Assembly (NCBI RefSeq): GCF_009914755.1
Contig: NC_060926.1
Source: the human T2T-CHM13v2.0 reference genome, Homo sapiens
Reading direction: 5' to 3' (one strand)
DNA length: 64,000 bases
Every line of letters starts with the position of its first letter. Position 1 is the first letter of the stretch. Below, piece by piece: positions 40,509-54,180 of the stretch. A program made the translations under genes and the position numbers. The notes beneath the pieces are model-generated. The model ran no database searches, had not been told where the DNA came from, and saw only the letters and a program-made list of their open reading frames with translations.

Positions 40509-41694
40509 CAGTCATGTGCTGCATATCAATGTTTCGGTCAACAACGAACTGCATATACAATGGCAGTCCCCTAAGATTATAATGGAGCTGAAACATTTCT
40601 ATCACTAGGGACATGGTAGCCTCATAGTACAACACATTACTCAAGTGTTTGTGGTGATGCTAGTGTAAACAAACTTATTGCCATACCAGTAGTATAAAAG
40701 TCTAGCACATTTAATTATGCATAGTATATAATACTTAATAATGATAATAAAATGTTAGGTTGTTGGCTTATGCATTTATTATGCTTTTTATCATTATTAG
40801 CATGTACTGCTTTTATTTATTTAAAAATAGTTAACTGTAAAACAGCCTCAGGCAGGTCCTTCAGGAGGCATTCCAGAAGAAGAAGGCATTGTTATCATAG
40901 GAGATGACAGCTCCATGCATGTTATTGCTCCTGAAGACCTTCCAGGGGGACAAGAGGTGGAGGTGGAAGATAGTGATATTGATGATCCTGACCCCATGTA
41001 GGCCTAGGCTAACGTGTTTGTTTTTGTCTTCATTTTAAATGAAAAGTTTAAAAGTATAAAGATGAAATTTTAAAAATTGAAAGAAGCTTATAGAAAAGAT
41101 ATAAATAAAATATTTTTGTATACCTATACAATGTATTTTGTTTTAAGTTATGTTATTACAAAAGAGTCAAAAGGTTTTAAAAATTACAGTTTATTTAAAA
41201 CTTAGGGTAAGCTGAGGTTCATTTATTAGTGAAGAAAGTTTTTAAAAATAATGTAGTGTAGCCTAAGTGCACAGTGTTTATTAGGTCTACAGTAGTGTAC
41301 AGTAATATCCTAGGCTTTTACATTCACTCATCACTCACTCTCTCACTCACCCAAAACAACTTCTAGTCCTGCAGGCTGCATTCAGGGGTAAGTGTCCTAT
41401 GCAGGCATACCATTTTTAAATCTTTCATATCATATTTTCACTGTACCTCTTCAATATTTAGCTATATTTAGATACATAAATACTTACCATTGTGTTAAAA
41501 TTGCCTACATTATTCAATACAGTAACATGCTGGACAAGTTTGCAGCCAAAGGAGCAATAGGCTATACTGCATAGTCTAGGTGTATATAGGCCATATCATC
41601 TAGGTTTGTCTAAGAATACTCTATGATATTTGCACAATGATGAAGTCACCTAACAATGCATTTCTCAGAACATATCCCCATGGCTGCCTGACTG
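40509..41694 (+). mobile_element. Tigger3b (MER7B) Tc1/mariner non-autonomous DNA transposon, near full length
   Basis: Termini cagtca.../...tgactg, TA target duplications at 40507-40508 and 41695-41696, ~1.19 kb long. Confidence 0.9.
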
Positions 41695-43053
41695 TATGTG
41701 AAAAAAAAAATGATTCAGTAAAATTTTTTAGAATATACTGTTCTCTTTTGTCCCCACCTATGATATTTTACTATGAAGTTTTCATCTTCTAATGCAGCAT
41801 ATCAGTAACAGCCTCTCAACCCATTTTCCCTCTTTCTTACCTTTTTGGGAGTTACAGGCTTCGGCTGGATGGAGTTCAGGGAGACAGAGCTCTGGCCAAC
41901 CCCCAAAGCAGAACCTATGCAGGAGGGTATGGTGTCCACATTGCCTCATCCGAGGCAAAACTACAGCTATGTCAGGAGGGCATGGTAACACCTCAGTAAT
42001 ACTTTATATCTTCCTCACCACCTTGCTAAAGAGAAGCCAGTTTTAGACACAGTGATATGTAAGTGCTTCTTTTTTATAATTTGGTGAGGATCACCTTACT
42101 AAAGTGAGGATTTACTCACTTTGGCAATGTAACACGTTTATTAATTTTTTAAGCACAGAAAACTAATTTAAAAAATTTTCTTACCTTTAAGAATACAGAT
42201 CAAGGTTTCAAAAACATTTTCAGTTGGAAATCTTTGGGTAGGAAAACTGCAGTAATGAGCAAAAGGGATAAAAATGTAAAACATGTGCAAAACAGATGTT
42301 GCACCTAATTTCATGCCAGAACAAATTAAAAATCAGAATCTTGCTTTGTGATTTAGACGATGGACAATCTATACAGATGTGTGTAGGCTGAAAAAAATTC
42401 TCCTTGTGAAACTGGACATTTTTAAATTATGAGAACCTACTTTCTAAAAGCAACTGGGATCAATTACTAAAACAGAAATCTCTTCTTTTGTTTGGAGATT
42501 GTCAACAGTATCCAAACCTTGACATTAGATCAGCACCACATGGAATGAAAATACTTTTGAGGTTCATGCATCAAATGTAAAAACATGATTTAAAAATTTG
42601 AGAACATTTTCATAAAGAGTAAGATCCATATAATATGTGGTAATTTAAAATGTATTAAAACACACGAATTGGGCATCAATTAAGTTAGAAAGAACTGTGT
42701 TAGAACACCAGGCAGGTGGTCAAAATGGTAATGAAAAGAAATAAAAACACAGACAGTATGGAAGAGGCAGCCTGTAAACACCAAAACGGTGTCAGAGTCA
42801 CAGAGTCACTGCCTGGTAGAGATGCTTGCAGGTTTTTTTTTTAATGTAATTTAAGTATTTCCACCCCCACGAGGAGATTTTAATGTAGTTATGATACATT
42901 TGAATTAATATCTTAGAGATTTCAAGTATCTTCTTCATAACGATCATCATTAGACAAGAATAGAAGTTTTTAGATTTGAGGTCTATTTGCTTTCCAGAGG
43001 ATCTGTAGATGGCTACAGAGGGTCTCTGACTCCTTTACAATTGTATGAAATCA

Positions 43054-43055
<2 letters not shown>

Positions 43056-43114
<59 letters not shown>
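43056..43114 (+). repeat. Compound microsatellite (TA)17(GA)12
   Basis: Read directly from the sequence. Confidence 0.97.
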
Positions 43115-43932
43115 TAAGTACATAACTTTCATACATTCTTATGAGGATTCCATGACTTCTCAAACATTAAGAAACTATTGGAAAAAGCAGAGCTCTACTA
43201 ACAGGAGACATGTCGATTTATCTTACATAAAAATGACCCGTACAACCCAGGAAAGCTTTGCAAACAGCCAAAATGTAAAACAAATTAAATGTTGTGTTTA
43301 TCCCTTCAGAATAGTGCAGCACAACAACTCCAGTCATACAGTTTTTATTTACATGAATATTTTAGAAATCCAGCTATTTGTCATTAGACACTCTCTCTTT
43401 ATAATTTGAAAAATTTCAAGAGCCATGGGAACTAACCATAGGTTATATTATGTTGTATATTACTGGCAAGTACTCAATAAAGAGCTGGCAAGAGACAGTA
43501 AATGAAAAATAAATATGTGGCTCAATCTGGTCAAGGGAAAATAACACAGATAACAAGGAGGGATTAGGTCAAGCCCATATTGTGGGTTGTAAAGCACCTG
43601 ATTTCATGTAATTCAACTTATCAATATTCATGAGCACTTATGGTATGCAAAACACTGTGTTTCTGGTGCGAAAAAAAAACTAAACTTGAAACTTAGTAAT
43701 GTTATAATTTTTCTTGTTTTAACCCAAGAATAATTTGTCAAATCAATGAGGAAGTTATGATTTGGGCTTTGTTGGTTTTTCACCAATAAGAGGATGATAG
43801 CAAGCAAGAACCACAGTGTGGTGGATATACATGATGTTGAGTTAACTAAGCTGGAAGGGTATTTCCCTCTATTCTTTGCCTGCGTACTTCTGGGTTAATG
43901 TAAGGTGCAAGAGACACAGTGCATAAGATGTG

Positions 43933-44001
43933 CACTAACCCTAACCCTAACCCTAACCCTAACCCTAACCCTAACCCTAACCCTAACCCTAACCCTAACC
44001 C
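43933..44001 (-). repeat. Interstitial telomeric sequence: CA(CTAACC)11C, i.e. (TTAGGG)n on the minus strand
   Basis: Eleven perfect vertebrate telomere hexamers at 43935-44000, flanked by a 41-bp direct repeat (43892-43932 and 44002-44042, one mismatch). Confidence 0.99.
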
Positions 44002-44110
44002 GGGTTAATGTGAGGTGCAAGAGACACAGTGCATAAGATGTGGTAGGTGGAAGTGAAGTAGAAAGCATATTCTTTTATGCTGGGAAGGTCACTTGAGGGC
44101 ACTGCTCTGT

Positions 44111-44267
44111 TTGCAGCCCTCTAGTGTTGCTGTTTGTCTGAGGGCTCACCTTATTGGTGCTGAGCAGTGGCGGGCCTGCAGCTCCTCCAGCTCCTGGCAA
44201 GGCCTGCAGCTTCTGATTCCCAAGTAAGGTGCATGTTGAGCTCTGTGATAATAAGCTCCAGCTTTTT
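44111..44267 (-). pseudogene. Decayed apolipoprotein A-IV-like coding fragment inside the LTR
   Basis: Manual minus-strand translation with two frameshifts gives KKLELIITELNMHLTWESE / QELEELQAR / NKVSPQTNSNTRGLQ. This is collinear with recalled APOA4 [19 protein letters not shown] / KELEELRAR / [15 protein letters not shown]. Confidence 0.7.
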
Positions 44268-44806
44268 CCACACTAGTTTATTAAAATTTATAATGCAGAA
44301 GGCATTTTTAAGTAGTTTGCTGCTTGTCTGAGCTTAGGGAGTAATCAGAAATAACACAAACTCTTATGAATCAGTTGCAGTTTCCATCACAGAACAGTCA
44401 CAGCATTGGAGAAGTTGGAGGTCATGAGAAGCTGGCCTCAGAACCAGTTTATCCTTGTCTTCCCCTCTCCATTGAGGTCCATCTTTCCTTACCGCTGCCT
44501 ACCCATTTTTTTTTTCTATGTCACTCATAATGGTTCTTTTCTAATTGATGTCATATACCAATGTATACCCAAATAACCTGACAGATATACATAGAAAAAG
44601 GATTTTAAATTAGGGGATCAATTGTTGATGTCAGAAGCAATATTTTTGCACTTTTTCAAACTCAATGCAACCTAAATCGTTCCCATGCTGGTGTATTAAA
44701 ATTTGTAATGCAAAAAAGCATTTTTAAGTAGTTTTGTACTCTCAGGGGCATAATAAATTATCAGAAATAACAAAAACTCTTATAAATCAATTGTAGTTTC
44801 CATCAC
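44266..44806 (+). repeat. Dispersed ~125-bp direct duplication (44266-44390 and ~44680-44806)
   Basis: Both copies share 'tattaaaattt...taatgca...gcatttttaagtagttt...atcagaaataaca.aaactcttat.aatca.ttg.agtttccatcac'. Confidence 0.9.
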
Positions 44807-45533
44807 TTTACATAATATATTCTTTCTAATAACAACTAGTAGAGCAAAAACGTACTTTCTGCAGAAAAAGTAGAGAAAGGGAAAATCCAGGATCTCACTG
44901 AACTCATTCTTTGGCTTCTTTTTATTTCTGGAATTTGACTAGAAAGAATATTGATCTTTTACAGTGAAAAAAAAAAAAAAAAGAAAAGAAAAAGAAAAAG
45001 AAAAAAAATCACATCACATTTTAAATGTATTTGGTGCCAAGCTATCATTTATGGAAATAGATAACTGTTTCATAGTTAGTGGAAGCCGCTTACCTACTTT
45101 TGCAAATAGTAGTAGTAGTTACTAGATACCACATTGGCCCAGTAAAAGAGAGTTTAGGGAAAGAATCCTGGACTGATTTGAGAGTCATTAGGTCTTATAG
45201 AAAGATATCTTACAAGAAAAAATCATCAACTCAAATTAGATTGAATTAAAGAGGAGAATTTATTGGGATGCATAATTTTTAAAATACAACCCAAGAGTAG
45301 AGATATAGCTCTTTATCTTTCTTTTTCTGTCTGAATCCCCACCCTCATCTTTGTCTCTCTCGCTCCTCTCTCTCTTACTCTCCCTGTCTCCTATCCACCC
45401 CTTTCTCCCTTTTTACCCCTCTCCTTCTCTGTTTCCCTCCCTTCCTCTATCTTTCTCTTGATAGTTCAGGGTGCATGTGGCACCCACTCCTAGCTTACAT
45501 AGCCTTCCAGCTTGAGTGCCACTGACCAACTAG

Positions 45534-46219
<686 letters not shown>

Positions 46220-46303
46220 TAAATATTAGTTATGGCCATTATAAGTCTTTTAATTTTTTTTTTGTCTTTAAGGTCCAATTATTTTTTAAAAAGTATTTGT
46301 TCT

Positions 46304-46598
46304 AGCCAGGCGCGGTGGCTCACACCTATAATCCTTGCACTTTAGGTGGCTGAGGAGGGCAGATTGCTTGGGCTCAGAAGTTGAAGACTAGCCTGGGCAA
46401 CCTGGCAAAACCCCATCTCCACAGAAAAATGCAAAACTTAGCCAGGCATGGTGGCACAAGCCCGTAGTCCCAGCTACCTGGGGGGTTGAGGCAGGAGGTC
46501 GCTTGAACCTGGGAGGTTGAGGCTGGAGTGAGCCTAGATGGAACCTCTGCATTTCAGCCTGGGGGACAAAGTGAGATCTCAAAAAAATGTATATATAT
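46304..46598 (+). mobile_element. AluJ
   Basis: Diverged dimer with TSD gtatttgttcta on both sides. Confidence 0.93.
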
Positions 46599-48499
46599 GT
46601 ATTTGTTCTAGATAACTGTTTGGTCTCCTTATCAGTCTGAAATAAGGGGTTCAGACTCCCATTCTCAAGGTATGATCGCGATAAAAATGTGACAATAATT
46701 TTGAGAGATCTTATGGTGTATGTCATCCCCCGGAGGTTGTGCTCTTCTTTCTGAATAAGAGGAAAATGTTATGTTCCCTGAATGTTTATGCAAATAAAAG
46801 ATTTATTTTAACATTGAACCATAAACAAAATAAATAAGACATTTCTGATATATGAAAAATATCACAGTGGGAGTGAGAAATTATGTACAAAAAGCAAAAT
46901 GAAATTGCAGAATGCTGTAAGTAGAAGGGGCTTTGGGGAGCATTTAGAGATTAAATGATCCAATCCAACCCTTTTAATTTCCAGGTTAAGAAATTGAAGG
47001 TTAGGGGAGATTAGGCAGCTTTCTAAAAATTAGTTTACATTTGAGCTAGGCCTCGGTCTTGTAATTCCAAATACAAGCCAAATAGCAAAATCTTGCCTTA
47101 AAAAGTAAATCGGGGAAATTAAAATCTTTCTCTATGTTCTCTTTCCTAGTTAGAAATTATTGTTCACCCAACAATTCATCAATATGACATCACTTAAGGA
47201 TGTAAGAGAGAGAAAATAGTTGAATCTTCTTTGTCTGTATGATTAAATTATTTTATTCATAGTAACTTTGTTTCTACCATAAAGTGCTGCATAGTATATG
47301 CTTTTTAATAAAATTAATTGAAACTTGTATTGTTAAGGATGCTCATAACATTTATTAAATAATTAATGATACCCTTGACTTTTACCAAACCAGAATTGGA
47401 GATTCAAGAGTGAAGAGAATGGTACAAGCCTTAGTTTCCATCACATTTGGCACTGAATATCAAGGGCAGAGATCACATATAATTTATTGTACATGTATAA
47501 AATATTGGGGAGGCCAGCAAGAACAGAAGAAAAGCAAAGAGAGATTTAAAGATTTCAGAAAGAAAGAATCATAATTCACTGTTTAAAACTTCCATGGGCC
47601 TGAAATATCGTTCTATGATGAGCCTTGTCAAAGGGTAACATGAAAAAGTTTTAAGGTTCAGAGTGAACGATACATAAACTTATAAGAGAAAATAGTTGCA
47701 TCCATATGACAGGGAGAAAAGGCAGGAGTTATTTTAACATGGAATCATATGCAATTGTTTGTATATTGCCGTTTTTTCCCCCTTGAGACATTCTGGCTGC
47801 CTTACCCTTGGTCAAGTCTCTTGACTCATTTGTAAAGTTAAATTTCATCCAGGGAAAGCCTTTCATGTCTCTTTATATCACATTCTACTTTCATTTGGTT
47901 TATTTAATGATTTATTAAATACATTAAGCATAGCACAATTTCCTATGAGAGTTGAAACATATGACTAAAATTATTTTAAAATTATGTTTATGTTGTGATT
48001 TATAAAATTGCAAATTGTCAAAGACATAAGGGATAACGGTAAAATAGCACACAGTTGCTTGAAGCCTACACATTACTCCAAGACCTCGCTTGAAAGCTGG
48101 TAATTCCCTTGAAATAGCCCATAGGGGAAGCATATGCAAGGCAACTGACAGCATGTGGTTTGAATAGATGTGCCTATATAGTGAAGGACCAGACTCGGAG
48201 AAGGTATTAATGAAGAATATGAATACAGGAGCAATTTCTTAACTTGGTACAGAGACTGACCCCATTTTTATCCAATTTTTATAATCTGTATTATTTAAGG
48301 GAGAAAAAAATTTTACTCAGGGCTGAACACTCAATACTTTAAGTGTGCTCTAATGGATGTATCATGTAGAGAGCAAGGCAATTGCTTACCTCTTTTATTA
48401 TTTGGTGGATTTATAAAGTGGCAAAAAATGGATTAGTAGCCATAGCAGCTTGTATTGATAGTGAACAAGTCACTTAACCTTTCTGTGTATCAATGTCTT

Positions 48500-48950
48500 A
48501 AAACAATTCAATCATTAATTCTACATACTGATTGTCAACTATATGCAAAGCATTTTGCGAATTCCTAGGATGAAGGAGTGGGAGTGAGTGATAGGAGATG
48601 AGGCTGGATGAGTAGTAGATACCAGATTTAAAATGGCCTTGTGTGACATAATAAGCAGTCAGGATTTATCCTTTATAGTCTTTTGGGTGTTATTAAAGGA
48701 TTCTAAACAACGGAGTGGCAAAATTGGCACTGACTCTTAGAAATAACACCCTGGTGGTAATGTGAGGCATAGATCAAAAGAGGATAAACTTGGCCCGGTT
48801 AGGACAACGGTAATTAATCAGACCAGAAATTATGGTTGCCTGAACAAAAGCCATGTCAGTGGTGATGAGGAGAAAAGGACGGGTTTGAGAAATTGTTAGG
48901 AAGTTTGCTTGTAATTGATTAGATTTGGAGGCCAAGAAAGAAGCCTGCTT
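48500..48950 (-). mobile_element. L2 LINE fragments
   Basis: 'ggagatgaggctgga...ggccttgtgtgac...ggatttatcc' are L2 motifs. Confidence 0.6.
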
Positions 48951-49999
48951 TGATAGTGATCTATATAATAATATTGATTTCTGACTTGTAAAATAAAGCA
49001 TATACAGAACCTTGCATAACTTCAATTTGCTTTTATAACAATAAAAGTAATTGTTAAAGATTATTAACTTTGTCTATCAAGTGATGCATGTAAATGAATA
49101 AAGTACATTTTTGGATTGTGTATGTAATACAGACAAGCTTAAACACTGTTTTTTGTTGTTTCACTTTTGCTAATAAATAAGTTGAGAAAGCTGGTCTAAT
49201 TTGACAGTCTTTATATTTAAAGGATAGCTTTCACTTCCCTATGGGAATGAGAAACAGCACTTATAGAAAATTCCATACAAAGCTTTGAGGTCTAACATGC
49301 CACGATTTGATAGACTAGGGCATCTGAATATTTAGTTCCTGACTCCAGAGAGCAAATGTTAGAAGATAGAATTGATGAATATTTGACTTAAACTAATTCC
49401 TTGAATATCTAGCCATGTATTTTATACCATCTATAACTGTGGTTTCTCAGCACTTAGAAATATGAGCGCTGAATAAAAATGTAGAAAACCACCTGTCTAC
49501 ATGGCAGTCTTCCAAGAATCTACAATCTAAATTATGCTTACCACTAGCAGGAAATGTAGGCAGCCACCTTCTACTTGTCATTCTCAGATCCATTTTTCAA
49601 AGGAAGACTATTGCAAGGAAACTACCTTTATGTTAAGACTGATATAATAGAGTACACTTCTTGTACATGGGGGCTTAGAATTAGGTGCTAGGATTTGAGG
49701 GAAATCAAGTGAGGCAGACACACAAAACATAACTTCTAACATATCTTTCAGGCATTTGATTTTGGAATCTAATGCAGTATGAGTTTGCTAGTGACCAAGG
49801 AAGCCAATAGTGAAGCAGAGTAGTATTAAGTTTCAGTCTCTAAGTTAAGTAACACAAGAATAGTTTCTTTATGTTTAATTGATAAGTTTTTGGTTGTTTT
49901 TGTTAAGTTAAAAACTTTTTGATAATTTTCTGCCTTATAACTGTGTATAAGCCCCTGAATTGTTATGGTGTGCGGTACAAAGATAGAAGGAATGGCCTC

Positions 50000-50433
50000 T
50001 GTATTAGGCTGTTCTTGCATTGCTATAAAGAAATACCTGAGACTGGCAATTTATAAGAAAAGAGGTTTAATTGGTTCATGGTTCTGCAGACTGTACAGGA
50101 AGCATACCACCAGCATCTGTTTGGCTTCTGGGGAGGCCTCAGAGAAATTTTACTCATGGTAGAAGGTAAAGTGGGAACAGATATGTCACATAATGAAAGC
50201 AGGAGCAAGAGTTGGGTGGAGCAGTGCCATATTTTATAACAACTAGATCTCATGAGAACTCACTCACTATCATGAGGACAGAATCAAGCCATGAAGGATC
50301 TGCCCCCATGACCCAAACCCATCCCACCAGGCCCCACCTCCAGCACTGGGTATTACATCTTAACATGAAATTTGGATGGGACATCCAAACTATTAGATTG
50401 GTGCAAAAGTATTTTGCTTAACCTAATATATCA
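50000..50433 (-). mobile_element. MSTA-type MaLR solo LTR
   Basis: 'tgtattaggctgttcttgcattgctataaagaaatacctgagactgg' ... 'tatca', TSD gcctc/gcctg. Confidence 0.93.
50393..50426. mobile_element. Internally deleted MADE1 (Hsmar1 MITE), 34 bp
   Basis: ttagattggtgcaaaagta...ttttgcttaacctaa matches the Hsmar1/MADE1 terminal inverted repeats and is flanked by TA on both sides. Confidence 0.85.
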
Positions 50434-51835
50434 GCCTGTAATCAACAGAGTGAGTATTAAGCTCTATTTGTGAGATACAAATATCACTAAAAATGGAAAA
50501 TAAAGATTGACACATAACAATGGTTCATGATTTCAAATCAGTATACTGTTAAAATTTCTATTAGATAATTTTTTTACTAATTTCTGTTAGAGAAATTAGT
50601 AAATTGTATGTTTGTTATTTATAACATTCCACAGTGGTTAAATATATAAGATTAAATTCGGACCTAAGACCTAGCTTCAAAACTTGAGTCTGACATTTAC
50701 TAGTGGTGACACTGTGAATCAGTTATTTAACCTCTTGAACTTTAATGACTTCATTTTTAATGGAGAAATAGTCCTAGCAATTGAGCTCAAAGTAATTCTC
50801 ATTAATAGTTGCTGGATATTATTAGTACTGACAGTAGTAGAAGTAGGAAATCCTTTTTTTGTCCCACAAAATAATTGAGGTGAATTATTTTTAAAACTTA
50901 AAAAAAATGATAGTAGAAAATAATCAGGATATTTTTCTTAGTATATAAGAGTTAAAAAAAGAAAAGACTAGAGTCAATATGTGTGAATTTATGTATATCT
51001 GTGTGAGTCAATATGAGAGAGAGGTATCTTTGTATATTTGAGCTTTCAAATTTAAGCTTCAAATTTGGCTTTAAGATTCATGGCAGCCAATTTAAAAGAA
51101 GAATATATTCAGTCATATCATTTCTCAGTATCTATATGGGAAAAGTATGCCAATTATTCAGATAAAGCAACATTTTTCTTAACAATAATTTCTTAATGGG
51201 ATTTCTTACAAGAGGATTTACAGAGAGCATATTACAATAAATACACATTATGGTTTCAACACTCGATTGCTGAAGCAAAAATATTAATGTATTGTTTTCT
51301 GTTTGATCTTTTGGAAAAGCCCATCTTACCACCAGTGGACAATTCAGTGATGCAAACTCCATGAAGGATAAAGTTCATGCAGTTCAACTATGTAGGTTTT
51401 TGTTAGTCCAGTTCTTTGATCCAAGGAAGAATTTAGAGCAACTTGAAAGATGGTTGGAATATGCAATTATGTTATTTAACACAACAGTTTAATTGGCTTT
51501 CTGATGACAGCTGGTGGAAGAAACTGTGAGCCCATCATCTGAGGTGAGGGTAGATTCATGCACTTTAGGAGCAAAGGAGCAACTGGGATGATTGGGATCC
51601 TAAGGGGACCAACAAAAATCCTCACTGGACTACTCAATATAAAATACTTCTAATAATCATGGATAAGAAGAATTATTTACATAGGGGAGGACTAGCCTTT
51701 TAAAAAGTTTCAAAATAGCAAAATATTGTTTTCTGAATTTGTTTCTAATATAAAGTCTGTTTTATTAAATTGAATGTGTACATGGCTTCAGAATCTCAAT
51801 ATGAGACAACAGGGATACTTCATTAAAAAAAAACT

Positions 51836-53738
<1,903 letters not shown>

Positions 53739-54180
53739 TAGCAAAGACATGAAATCAACCTAGGGGCCCATCAATGGTGGATTGGATAAAGAAAGTGTGA
53801 TACAAATATATTATGGAATAAAATGCAGCCAAAAAAAAAAGCAAATATATATCATTTACAGCAACATGGATAGAGCTGGAGGGCATCATCCTAAACAAAT
53901 TAACTCAGGAACAAAAATCAAATACCACATATTCTCACTTATAAATGGGAAATGGGAACAATAGACACTGGAGACTAATGGAGGAAGGAGCTGGGGAGCG
54001 GGGAAGGACTGAAAAAGTACCTAATGAGTACAATGCTCAGTCCCTGCGTGATGGAATCATTCATATCCCAAACCTCAGTGTCATGCAATATACCCATGTA
54101 ACAAACCTGCCATATGTACCCCCTGAATCTAGAATAAAAGTTGAAATTATAAAAAATAAATACATAAATAAGTTAATTTA
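53739..54180 (+). mobile_element. L1PB (PB3/PB4-like) 3' end, sense orientation
   Basis: 'tagcaaagacatgaaatcaaccta...caatatacccatgtaacaaacctgc...gtaccccctgaatcta.aataaaagttgaa' plus an A-rich tail. Confidence 0.9.

Larger units (their letters stand above)
43817..44505 (+). mobile_element. Old ERVL-type LTR (LTR41-like) hosting the telomeric array
   Basis: 'tgtggtgg...ctaagctggaa...tttccc...gggtta...aagagaca...ggtggaagtgaag...catattctttta' matches a recalled LTR41-like consensus. It is interrupted at 43933 and ~44266. Confidence 0.65.

Noticed and set aside
43933-44007. Telomere-telomere fusion site (like human 2q13) or a true chromosome end
   Set aside because: Only one array orientation is present plus a single GGGTTA that belongs to the duplicated target. 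There are no degenerate repeats or subtelomeric sequence, and the LTR continues on both sides.
45310-45460. Polypyrimidine tract as H-DNA
   Set aside because: No clear mirror symmetry; likely low-complexity decay inside an old MLT1-like LTR.
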